Source: an uncultured Clostridia bacterium
GTDB lineage: Bacteria; Bacillota; Clostridia; TANB77; CAG-508
Reading direction: 5' to 3'
NCBI GenBank assembly: GCA_944386695.1
Contig: CALXCB010000004.1
Location: 1 to 51,950, forward strand
Length of the DNA: 51,950 bases
A model generated the notes under the pieces. That model did no database searches, was not told the origin of the DNA, and was given only the letters and a program-made list of their open reading frames with translations. Below, in pieces: positions 20,324 through 29,231 of this stretch. The first letter of the stretch is position 1, and every line of letters begins with the position of its first letter. The translations under genes were made by a program, and so were the position numbers.

Positions 20324-21113
20324 TTGAAATATTTGAAAGATTTTTTTAAGGGAATATTAATCGGTTCAGGTGCAATTTTACCTGGAATTAGTAGTGGTGT
20401 TTTATGTGTTATCTTTGGTATATATGAAACTTTGCTTAATTGTGTGTTGAATTTTTTTAAAAATATAAAAGAAAATATAAAATTTCTTTTTCCTATTATC
20501 CTTGGAACTTTTGTTGGAATTATTCTTTTTGGAAATATTTTGAAATATTTATTTTTTGCTTATCCTATTCAAATAAAATTTATTTTTATTGGTTTAATTC
20601 TTGGCAGTATTCCTGCTTTAATAAAAGAAAGCACAAAAAAAACAAAGTTTAAACCTTATTACTTGATTTTTACTTTGTTTTCACTTTTTATAGGTATATT
20701 TTTTGTAATTTTTGAAAAAAATCTTGCTACTACTTCTACCACTGAATATAGTTTTTTATTTTTAATAATTTCTGGATTTATTATGTCTGCTGGTGTAATA
20801 ATTCCAGGTGTAAGCAGTACATTAATCTTAATGCTTTTAGGAATATATGAGCCATATCTTGGTGCTGTGTCTTGTGTGTATTTACCTTTTATTTTTCCTT
20901 TGTGTATAGGATTATTTTTAGGTAGCCTTTTCTTTATGAAAGTTACTCAATTTTTATTTAAAAATTTTTATCCTCAAACTTTTTTTACCATAATAGGTTT
21001 TACACTTGGCTCAATTTTTGTACTTTATCCTCGGATTTTCTTTTGATTTAACAGGTGTTATTTCTATTTTAAGCTTACTTCTAGGTTTTACTTTGGCTCA
21101 AACACTTGAATAA
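20324..21113 (+). CDS. DUF368 membrane protein; C-terminal helix needs +1 shift at CGGA (21032-21035)
   Basis: ILPGISSG, FFxGLILGSIP-like, IIPGVSS motifs; YP[C]GFSFDLTGVISILSLLLGFTLAQTLE* adds a final TM helix; TTG start at 20324 (alternative 20315). Confidence 0.85.
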
Positions 21114-21123
21114 AAACTACAAC

Positions 21124-21160
21124 TGCGACATGTGTAATCTCAGTTTCTTTTCATGTCGCA
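21124..21160. terminator. Hairpin, probable terminator after the DUF368 gene
   Basis: TGCGACATG/CATGTCGCA stem starting 10 nt after the shifted-frame stop (21113). Confidence 0.55.
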
Positions 21161-21250
21161 ATATTTTATTCTACAGTATTTTCTTCTTTATTTGACGTTA
21201 TATCCATTCTTACATTTTCTATTATCGCTATCTTAGTATATTCAAGCTTT

Positions 21251-21724
21251 TTAATTAAGTGTGTCATCATTTTCGATCCAATCTTTTACATATTCAATTC
21301 TATATTTAGCTTTGTTATCTCTCATAATAACTTTTTCAATACCTGCATTTATAATCATTCTTTTACACAATGTACAAGGGTAATTGTCATCTATATACTT
21401 ACCATTTCGTTTATTTATTCCAACTAAATATAATGTTGCACCTATCATATCTCTCCTATTTGCACTAATTATTGCATTTTGTTCACTATGTACAGACCTA
21501 CAACTTTCATAACCGGCTCCACTTAAATCAGTTTTTTGCTTTCTTATACAATATCCTAAATCCAAACAATTTTTTCTACCTCTTGGGGCTCCTGTATATC
21601 CTGTTGAAATTATCTCATCATGTTTTACAATTACACTTCCATAGTTGTTACGAAGGCATGTGCCTCTTTCTGCTATTGTTTCTGCTATATCTAAATAATA
21701 ATTTGTTTTATCAACTCTTTCCAT
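21251..21724 (-). CDS. dCMP deaminase (ComEB-like)
   Basis: TCLR..G, STGY.GAPRG, HSEQNAI, PCTLC; start reassigned to MERVDK behind a GGAGG RBS. Confidence 0.9.
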   Translation of the reverse strand: MERVDKTNYYLDIAETIAERGTCLRNNYGSVIVKHDEIISTGYTGAPRGRKNCLDLGYCIRKQKTDLSGAGYESCRSVHSEQNAIISANRRDMIGATLYLVGINKRNGKYIDDNYPCTLCKRMIINAGIEKVIMRDNKAKYRIEYVKDWIENDDTLN

Positions 21725-21740
21725 ATTTCCTCCATTTTTA

Positions 21741-21778
21741 TTGAAGACGGTTCCTTTTGCCAAAAGAACCGTCCCCAA
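21741..21778. repeat. REP-like palindrome
   Basis: GACGGTTCCTTTTG / CAAAAGAACCGTCCCC. Confidence 0.7.
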
Positions 21779-21785
21779 TTGAAAA

Positions 21786-22835
21786 TTAATATTTTAATTC
21801 TCCCATTCTTGATGTTGGAACAAATCCAGAAACACTGTTTATTAAGTCTGGTATTCTATTTATTACACTCGCACATGTAAGTTCCACTGTTTTTGGCTCT
21901 GTTATTACAACTCTTGTATCTGGTTCTCCATATATTGTCCAATCATTTGTATCTACATCTTCTGGAGCATATACTTTTCCTATGCATTCTGCTTCTATTT
22001 CAACACCTTCTTTTGTTTGTGCTGTAACTACTGCACTCATTCCAGTAGCTCTTCCTGCTTTTATATCCATATTTAATGTATTTGAATGTATATCTTCTTT
22101 TGCTACTATTGGTACACATTTTTGTGTCATTGATGTGATTGTAAAACCAAATCTATCTGCAAGCCATGGCACAACATTCCACATATATGATGGAGTATAT
22201 GTTCCAGATTCTATAACTTTTTGTCTTTCTTCTTCTGAAATTTTATCAGCTGCTGCAACTTTTTCATCAAATTCTTCTAATGTCATTCCTGAACCATGGA
22301 CTTGTGCTAATGCTATTCCATAATCTTCTACATTATATGATGAACTTCCTTTGATTTTAGTTATTTTATGAGTTGCTCCACCTAAAGTATAGATTAAATT
22401 TCCCCAAAATACATCTTGATATCCACTTCCTGTTATTGTACAGTTATTTTGTTTTGCTAAAGCATCTACTTTTTTAGTTAATGTTGGGTTTGATGCCATT
22501 GGGTAAAAAGCTTCTTCACATGTTGTTATTGCATTTATTCCAAGTTTTGCACATAACATTAAAATTTCTTCTAGATCACTTACTAAACTCATTGTTGTAA
22601 TTATGCATACATCTGGTTTTGTGTTTACTAATAATGCTTCTGTATCTTTTGCATCTGTTATTTTTATACCTGTTGGTTCATAATTGCATCCTATTATTTC
22701 TGAAATATCTTTTCCAATAACATCTGGATTGATATCTACTGCTCCTACTATTTCATATCCTTTTTCTAGAGCATATCTCATTGTATATGCACTCATTTTT
22801 CCACATCCGTATTGGACTATTTTTACTTTTTCCAT
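21786..22835 (-). CDS. 2,4-diaminopentanoate dehydrogenase-like / DapB-like NAD(P) oxidoreductase
   Basis: VQYGCGKM Rossmann motif, GINAITTCEE, TITGSG, NRIPDLIN...G; start at MEKVK behind GGAGG. Confidence 0.75.
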   Translation of the reverse strand: MEKVKIVQYGCGKMSAYTMRYALEKGYEIVGAVDINPDVIGKDISEIIGCNYEPTGIKITDAKDTEALLVNTKPDVCIITTMSLVSDLEEILMLCAKLGINAITTCEEAFYPMASNPTLTKKVDALAKQNNCTITGSGYQDVFWGNLIYTLGGATHKITKIKGSSSYNVEDYGIALAQVHGSGMTLEEFDEKVAAADKISEEERQKVIESGTYTPSYMWNVVPWLADRFGFTITSMTQKCVPIVAKEDIHSNTLNMDIKAGRATGMSAVVTAQTKEGVEIEAECIGKVYAPEDVDTNDWTIYGEPDTRVVITEPKTVELTCASVINRIPDLINSVSGFVPTSRMGELKY

Positions 22836-23001
22836 AAAATATTTACCTCCTAAATCTATTTTCCCCTTTTTTTCCATTTTTAAACAGGGTTAAAGGCCTA
22901 TTTCTTAAAAAGTATACTTTTTTTATATCATAATACATTTTCTATGTCAATTTAAACTCAAATTTATTTTTCTATATCTAATTACTTGCTGATGCGCTAA
23001 T

Positions 23002-23030
23002 TTGACATAGTTTTAAAAAGATGGTAAAAT
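23002..23030 (+). promoter_or_regulatory. Sigma-A promoter
   Basis: TTGACA-17 bp-TAAAAT with TG extension. Confidence 0.7.
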
Positions 23031-23082
23031 TATGTTAACTTACGATCTTAGGGGGATTTGAAAATAAAAGAAAGGAAAACAA

Positions 23083-23739
23083 ATGAAAAAAAATAAACAT
23101 AAAAAAAATTCAAAAAAAATATATATCATAATAATATTGCTACTCTTTGCAGTAGTAATATTTCAACAACTAAAGGTGCGGTCTTTCCAAAAGGATAATA
23201 CCTTTTTAAGAAATACGATCGCATCTTTGAATCAGGAGAATGATGAGCTTAAAAATTCAACTCCTGATTCTCAAAAAGAAGAGATTTCGTCGTTAGAAAA
23301 TAAACTAACGACAGCTGAGGAGACTCAGAGCTCCTTAGAAAAAGAAATTTCTTCTTTGAAAGATGAAAATCAGGCTCTAGAGAAAGAAATTGCTTCTCTA
23401 AAGTCTGAAAAAACGTCGTTAGAAGAGGAAAATACCTCTCTAACGACAGAAAACGAATCTTTAGAGGAAACTGCAAGTAACTCCTCTCAAGATTTTTGGG
23501 ACCTCTTCTTCTGGGAGGACCCATATAACTATAAGATAGAAGCAGGACACGTCTACTCAGACGTGGACTGCAAACATGAATTGGACATTACAGAGGTAGA
23601 CACAAATGTATACCTAGATTGTCCTTTCATGGCTCAAAATTTAGAAGACGGTCTTCCATATATCTATAGGGCAAATGGAAGATTTGTCTTCTCGCCTGAG
23701 GAGCTCGTTCTAAGTTATAACGAGCCCTCAGACGAGTAA
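23083..23739 (+). CDS. Orphan membrane-anchored coiled-coil protein (raised GC)
   Basis: TM helix, LEKEISSLK-type heptad repeats, C-terminal globular domain. Confidence 0.8.
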   Translation: MKKNKHKKNSKKIYIIIILLLFAVVIFQQLKVRSFQKDNTFLRNTIASLNQENDELKNSTPDSQKEEISSLENKLTTAEETQSSLEKEISSLKDENQALEKEIASLKSEKTSLEEENTSLTTENESLEETASNSSQDFWDLFFWEDPYNYKIEAGHVYSDVDCKHELDITEVDTNVYLDCPFMAQNLEDGLPYIYRANGRFVFSPEELVLSYNEPSDE

Positions 23740-23761
23740 CTTGAAAACCGATCCCCCTTAG

Positions 23762-23790
23762 CCACCAGTTTTATACTGGTGGTTTTATTT
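23762..23790 (+). terminator. Intrinsic terminator
   Basis: CCACCAGT/ACTGGTGG stem plus T tract. Confidence 0.8.
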
Positions 23791-23866
23791 TGTTTTATAA
23801 AAATGTTGACTAATTTTCTCATTTTATGGTATTATAAACTATAATATTTAAAGAAAGGATATTTAT

Positions 23867-25090
23867 ATGGTTTTAGGAATCATTGCAGAATATAATCCAT
23901 TTCATAATGGACATTTATATCATATTTTAAAATCAAAAGAGATTACTAAAGATGATTATACTATAGCTGTAATTGGTGGGAATTTCACTCAACGTGGTGA
24001 AGCCTCTCTTGTCGATAAATGGACAAAAGCAGAAATGGCTATTTCAAATGGTGTAGATTTAGTTATAGAGCTTCCTACATTATATTCTGTTTCAAGTGCA
24101 GAAAATTTTGCAGATGGAGCTATAAAAATTCTCAATTCATTAAAAATTATTGATAACCTTTCTTTTGGTGCTGAATGTCAAGAAATAAATAAATTAAATA
24201 TTATTGCTAATGTTTTATATGAAGAACCTAAAGAATATAAATCTTTTTTAACAAATGAATTATCTAAAGGTTTATCATTTCCTAAGGCTAGAGAAAACGC
24301 AGTATGCACTTATCTTAATGATAAATCCTTTGCAAATTTGATGCTTGAGCCAAATAATATTTTGGCCATAGAATATTTAAAATCTTTAAAAAAACACCGT
24401 TCAAAAATAAAACCATTACTAATACCTCGTAAAAATTCTGGTCATTTAACAAAAGATTATACCGGAGAGATTTGTAGCAGTACAGCAATTAGAAATATGA
24501 TAAAAAGTGGTAATACAAAAAATTTAAAAAATGCGTTGACTCCTAGTTCTTATACTATTTTAAAAGAAGAGATAAATAACGGAAATTATATACAAGATTT
24601 CTCTGAATTTGAAAAAAATATAATATATAATTTAAGAATAAAAAGTATCGAAGATATAAAAAATTTAGCGGATGTTTCAGAGGGGCTTGAAAATTTACTA
24701 AAAAAAGCTGCTTTATCATGTAATTCTTTATATGAATTTATAAATATCGTTTTATCTAAAAGGTATACAGAAACTAGAATTAAACGTATTATGCTTTATT
24801 CTCTTCTTAATATAACAAAAAGAGAAATGGCAATCTCTAAAAAAATAATTCCTTATGTGAGAATTTTAGGTTTTAATTCTAAAGGGAAGACCTTACTTAG
24901 TAAGATAAGTAATTCCAACCATAATCTTAAAATTATTACTTCTGTAAAAAAATTTGTAGATAGTAATACTAATAAAAATTTAAAAATACTATTAGATAAA
25001 GATATTCTAGCAACCAATATTTATACTTTATGTTATAAAAAATCTTCTGTTGGGAATGTAGATTTTACAAAAAAATTAATTGTGCGATAA
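23867..25090 (+). CDS. tmcAL: tRNA(Met) cytidine acetate ligase (YlbM family nucleotidyltransferase)
   Basis: GIIAEYNPFHNGH, GNFTQRGE, PNNILAIEY, SSTAIR, KRYT.TRIKR. Confidence 0.9.
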   Translation: MVLGIIAEYNPFHNGHLYHILKSKEITKDDYTIAVIGGNFTQRGEASLVDKWTKAEMAISNGVDLVIELPTLYSVSSAENFADGAIKILNSLKIIDNLSFGAECQEINKLNIIANVLYEEPKEYKSFLTNELSKGLSFPKARENAVCTYLNDKSFANLMLEPNNILAIEYLKSLKKHRSKIKPLLIPRKNSGHLTKDYTGEICSSTAIRNMIKSGNTKNLKNALTPSSYTILKEEINNGNYIQDFSEFEKNIIYNLRIKSIEDIKNLADVSEGLENLLKKAALSCNSLYEFINIVLSKRYTETRIKRIMLYSLLNITKREMAISKKIIPYVRILGFNSKGKTLLSKISNSNHNLKIITSVKKFVDSNTNKNLKILLDKDILATNIYTLCYKKSSVGNVDFTKKLIVR

Positions 25091-25112
25091 GAGCATGTGT
25101 TTACATGCTCTT
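25089..25112. terminator. Hairpin between convergent genes
   Basis: AAGAGCATGT/ACATGCTCTT stem. Confidence 0.65.
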
Positions 25113-25488
25113 ACTTAAATTTAAAATATTGACCTTCATATTTTTCAAAGAAGTTTTTTATACTACCATTAACTAATCTGCTAAATGATATTCCGGTCTT
25201 ATCTCTAATTTCTATTAATTCATTATAGAATTCCTCTCTAAATAGTATTGATCGATATATTGAATCTGCTTTATATGGTTTCTTATAAAATTTTATATTT
25301 TCCTTATCTTGCAATAACGTTTCAACACAAATATTTACAAATTTACTAACTGATACATCAAACACATTGTCACATAAATATTGTATCTTTTCATATAAAT
25401 CTTGATCTATATGCAAACTTCTTGATATTACTTTTCCTTTTCTATATAGTCTTTGAATTGGTTCCATATTGTACCTCCTATTATACAT
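25111..25488 (-). CDS. Hypothetical protein with two ribbon-helix-helix-like repeats
   Basis: RSLHIDQDLYEKI...SVSKFVN and RSILFREEFYNEL...SFSRLVN internal duplication. Confidence 0.55.
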   Translation of the reverse strand: MYNRRYNMEPIQRLYRKGKVISRSLHIDQDLYEKIQYLCDNVFDVSVSKFVNICVETLLQDKENIKFYKKPYKADSIYRSILFREEFYNELIEIRDKTGISFSRLVNGSIKNFFEKYEGQYFKFK

Positions 25489-25640
25489 TAATATATTTAA
25501 AATTATATAAAATATTTTTATTAAATTATACTAATTATTTTGGTACAAGTATGTATAATTATTAGTTTATATTTATATTTATATTTATACTAAAAAAAAT
25601 TGAAGCAACTAATTACCTCAATTTTTAACTATGTATTTTA

Positions 25641-25973
25641 TTATTCTACATTTTCTGCATTTTCACCAGAATCTGCTGTGTTTTCAGCTACATTTTCAGT
25701 ATTTTCCTCTGAATTATTTTCTCCTTCATCAGCTGTATTATCGCTTTCTGCTTCATTATTTGTAGCTTCATTTCCTTCTTCTGCAATGTTTTCATCATTA
25801 ACATTTTCATCAACTTCGTTTTCATCTTCCACTACATTTGTTGTATTATTATCTGTTTCAGATGTTGTATCTTCTCTGTTCATCCATACTATTCCTACAA
25901 TTAATAATATTAAAATAACAACCATTAATAAAATCTTTAATAATTCGATCTTTGTGTCTTTATTCATATTCAT
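25641..25973 (-). CDS. Membrane-anchored acidic low-complexity protein
   Basis: TM helix plus E/N-rich tail; AGAGGT RBS. Confidence 0.7.
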   Translation of the reverse strand: MNMNKDTKIELLKILLMVVILILLIVGIVWMNREDTTSETDNNTTNVVEDENEVDENVNDENIAEEGNEATNNEAESDNTADEGENNSEENTENVAENTADSGENAENVE

Positions 25974-25977
25974 ACCT

Positions 25978-26430
25978 CTAACTTTCTTTATTTATCTCTT
26001 TTATTAATTCTAATTGAGAAATTAATAGTGACTCCATTTTTGCCTTATAAATATCAAATTGTTTTTGTAAATCCTCTAATTCCTTCTTTTTTAATAAAAT
26101 TTCATTTTGAAGAAAGTCAACTTCCTTTTGAGTTGTTGCCTTAGCATCATTAACTATTTGATCAGCTTTTTGTTTAGCTACATTTTTCACTTCTTCTGCG
26201 GTAGATTGTGCCATAAGTAAAGTATTTTGAAGTGTTTCTTCTATATTTTTATAATGCTCTAAACTTTTTGTCAATTCCTCTATTGTTTTACCTGATTCAT
26301 TTAGCTCCTTCTGCTTTTTAGCATAGTCAACCCCTATTTCATCTAAAAAATCATCAACTTCCTCAACACTATATCCATTCATGATTTGCTTAGAGAATTT
26401 TTTATTTTCAATATCTAGTGGTGTAAGCAT
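25978..26430 (-). CDS. divIVA: DivIVA domain protein
   Basis: MLTPLDIENKKF...GY..EEVDDFLD plus coiled coil. Confidence 0.93.
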   Translation of the reverse strand: MLTPLDIENKKFSKQIMNGYSVEEVDDFLDEIGVDYAKKQKELNESGKTIEELTKSLEHYKNIEETLQNTLLMAQSTAEEVKNVAKQKADQIVNDAKATTQKEVDFLQNEILLKKKELEDLQKQFDIYKAKMESLLISQLELIKEINKES

Positions 26431-26446
26431 AATTTAAGCCCCCTTT

Positions 26447-26917
26447 TTAGTTAATATTGTTTTTATTTAACCAAGAAACTGATAATTTGTTTTTAATTTC
26501 TTCTCTTGCCATTTCATTTGTTATTTCATAATTTATAGGTGCAATTAAAAATATTGAATTAGATACTTTTTGAATATGTGCATCTAATGCATATACCCCT
26601 CCACTTATAAAATCAACTATTCTTCTTGCTACATCTTTATTTACATATTCTAAATTTACTATTACTGATTTTTTCTCTTTTAGAAAACCACAAATTTCTT
26701 CTGATTGTTCAAAACTTGTTGGTTGAGAAATTACCATTCTAATAGATTGTGACTGTGGCATTGATATTACTTTATTATTTTTCTTTATAAAACTTTTCTT
26801 TTCTTCAGGTTCTTCTTCGTAGTCATAATCATATACATCGTCCTCGTCATATTCTTCCTCGTCTGCTTGATCCATTCCGAATAAATTCCAAACCTTACTC
26901 ATTATTGCACTTGACAT
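26447..26917 (-). CDS. sepF: Cell division protein SepF
   Basis: P.SFEQ..EI...LK....VIVNLE...ARRIVDFISG..YALD. Confidence 0.93.
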   Translation of the reverse strand: MSSAIMSKVWNLFGMDQADEEEYDEDDVYDYDYEEEPEEKKSFIKKNNKVISMPQSQSIRMVISQPTSFEQSEEICGFLKEKKSVIVNLEYVNKDVARRIVDFISGGVYALDAHIQKVSNSIFLIAPINYEITNEMAREEIKNKLSVSWLNKNNIN

Positions 26918-27050
26918 TTTTTAACCTCCTAAAACGTTTTTCGTTTTTGTTCAATACAGAACTAGTATCTTACATTTTTTTAAAAAAGTCAATAGTTTCC
27001 AGTAAATGTAATATTTTTTTAATATTTTTGTAATATTTTTGTAATATTTC

Positions 27051-28295
27051 TTATGTGTTTGGGTATAATAAAATCGTATCATATTGTGAAATTTTACTAT
27101 AACTTTGTGAATCAACTCCTAGTTGATTTAATTCTTCTGTATTATATGTACTTATTATTGAATATTTATCATTTTTCTTAAGTACTTTTACTAACACTTT
27201 TTCACTTAAATCTGCTTTTTTTCTTATTACATATTTTAAGCCTTTTTCATCTTCTATAATCGATGTATTTGGTACTTTAAGTCCTGAATAACTCCACCAT
27301 GTAATGTTAAAAGAAATTTTTCTATATTGAATCAATTCCTCTGTTAATGTATTTAATTCAAAAACAATTAAAACTTTATCATTGTCTTGTTCTGCAATAT
27401 ATTTTATATTGGCACTTATTTCATTTCCACTAGATAATGTTAGTGTTACTTTTTCATCTAATTCCGCTTGTTTAGCTGATTCACTACTCAATATAGTAGC
27501 TAAATAACAATTAAAATTATTTATTATCTTTCCACTTTCAGTTGATGTTGATATGATTTTTCCCGTGGTTAAACCTAAATTTTCTAAACTTTCCTCTGTT
27601 AAATTACTAAAATCATCAGGTGTAAGTATATCTTCTAGGCCATCTACTCTATATGAAACAACTCCTGCCTCTGGTGCATTAATATATTCTGATCCTTCTG
27701 TTAATTTTTGTTCATATTCTTCTTTTTGCTTACTAAGATCTTGAATATATGATCCTCTTTGACTCAAACTTCCCGCTATTTTTGCTTTTTTGCTAATTAT
27801 TTCTTCGATTTCTTTCTTGTATTCCTCTATTGTTTGCGTATCTGTTATTTCATTTAAGTTTTGTAATTTTTCATCAATTTGTTTTTCTAGATTTCTTATA
27901 TCTGTGGAAGGTATAGTACCTTCTTTAGAAAGTGCTTCTTGTATTTTTAGATTTATTTCTTCGATTTTTGATTTTATTTCTTCTTCGTTGCTACTGCTAT
28001 ATCTAAAAATTGTTTGATCTTTTGCTGCCCTTTCTCCTTCTGATAATATTGCAGTCAGTCCATTCTTATAATTATTCCCAGTTAAAACTGTTTCTTCTCT
28101 TATAATATAACCTGTTGCAGATTCTTCTAGTGTTAAACTTCCATCATCAACCAAAACTGTTTCATTTGGTGATCTTAAAAGTAAATAAATAGAATAAAAA
28201 ATATATATTATAATTATTGCAAAAATTAAATATATTATATATTTTTTCTGCGTCTTCTTATCCTTTAGTTCATTGAAATTTATAATTTTACTCAA
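27051..28295 (-). CDS. HlyD-like membrane fusion family protein (clostridial gene upstream of sepF)
   Basis: TM, GYIIREE, coiled coil, APEAGVVSYRVDGLE, GLKVPNTSI; TTG start. Confidence 0.75.
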   Translation of the reverse strand: MSKIINFNELKDKKTQKKYIIYLIFAIIIIYIFYSIYLLLRSPNETVLVDDGSLTLEESATGYIIREETVLTGNNYKNGLTAILSEGERAAKDQTIFRYSSSNEEEIKSKIEEINLKIQEALSKEGTIPSTDIRNLEKQIDEKLQNLNEITDTQTIEEYKKEIEEIISKKAKIAGSLSQRGSYIQDLSKQKEEYEQKLTEGSEYINAPEAGVVSYRVDGLEDILTPDDFSNLTEESLENLGLTTGKIISTSTESGKIINNFNCYLATILSSESAKQAELDEKVTLTLSSGNEISANIKYIAEQDNDKVLIVFELNTLTEELIQYRKISFNITWWSYSGLKVPNTSIIEDEKGLKYVIRKKADLSEKVLVKVLKKNDKYSIISTYNTEELNQLGVDSQSYSKISQYDTILLYPNT

Positions 28296-29213
28296 TTCAT
28301 TCCCTCCAAAATAATATTTATATTATTTTGTGTATCTTTTAATCCATCTAGCCATTTTATTTTTTCAATTCTTTTAAACCATGTTATTTGACGTTTTGCA
28401 TATCTTCTTGTTTCTTGTTTTACTTTTTCTATTGCTGCTTCTTTTGTTATTTTTCCATCAAGATATTCTTTTATTTCTTTATATCCTATTGCTTGTAGTG
28501 CTGTTGCCAAATTAGAATATTTTTTTAATATTTGTTGAACTTCTTCGATTAGTCCTTGTTGTATCATTATATCAACTCTTTTATTGATTCTCTTATATAA
28601 AATTTCTCTTTCTATATTTATTCCAAATACTATATAATCATATTTTACTTTTTTTCTTCTAGACTGCTTTTCTTGTTCTGTCTTATTTTTTCCTGTTGCA
28701 TAATATATTTCTAAAACTCTTATTATTCTTTTTTTATCATTCGGGCTTATTTTTTTTATTGCAATTTCATCTATTTTTTTTGCTTGGTCATATAATTCAT
28801 TTAATCCGCTCTTCTGTATTTGCTTTTTTCATCAATTTTTCTCTATATTTTTCATCTAATTTTATATCGTTATATTCAATTCCATAGATCAAACTATTTG
28901 CATATAGTCCTGTGCCGCCTACTACAATAGGTATCTTTCCTTTTTTTAAAATTTCGTCTATTGCCTTTTCTGCTCCTTTTTTATACTCCGCTACACTAAA
29001 TCTTTCTGTAGGATTAATTTCATCTATCATATAATGTTTAATTCCTTGCATCTCTTCTTTTGTAGGTTTTGCTGAACCTATATTCATATCTTTATATACC
29101 TGCATAGAATCACATGATACAATTTCTCCATTAATTTGTTTTGCAAGTTCTATTGAAAGCGAAGTTTTTCCTGAGGCTGTTGGTCCTACTATTACAATTA
29201 CTTTTGGTTTCAT
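28292..29213 (-). CDS. miaA: tRNA dimethylallyltransferase; needs +1 shift at CGGA (28805-28808)
   Basis: GPTASGKT, DSMQVY, VGGTGLY, then EE[C]GLNELY...ISPNDKKRIIRVLE...AIGYKE...TRRYAKRQITWF; 306 aa reconstructed. Confidence 0.93.
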
Positions 29214-29231
29214 AAATCTCCTTCTTTGGCA

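Noticed and set aside
21725-21778. N-terminal extension MGTVLLAKGTVF of the dCMP deaminase (likewise MQKETTL of the SLT gene)
   Set aside because: Translated REP-like palindrome; better starts with an RBS lie downstream.
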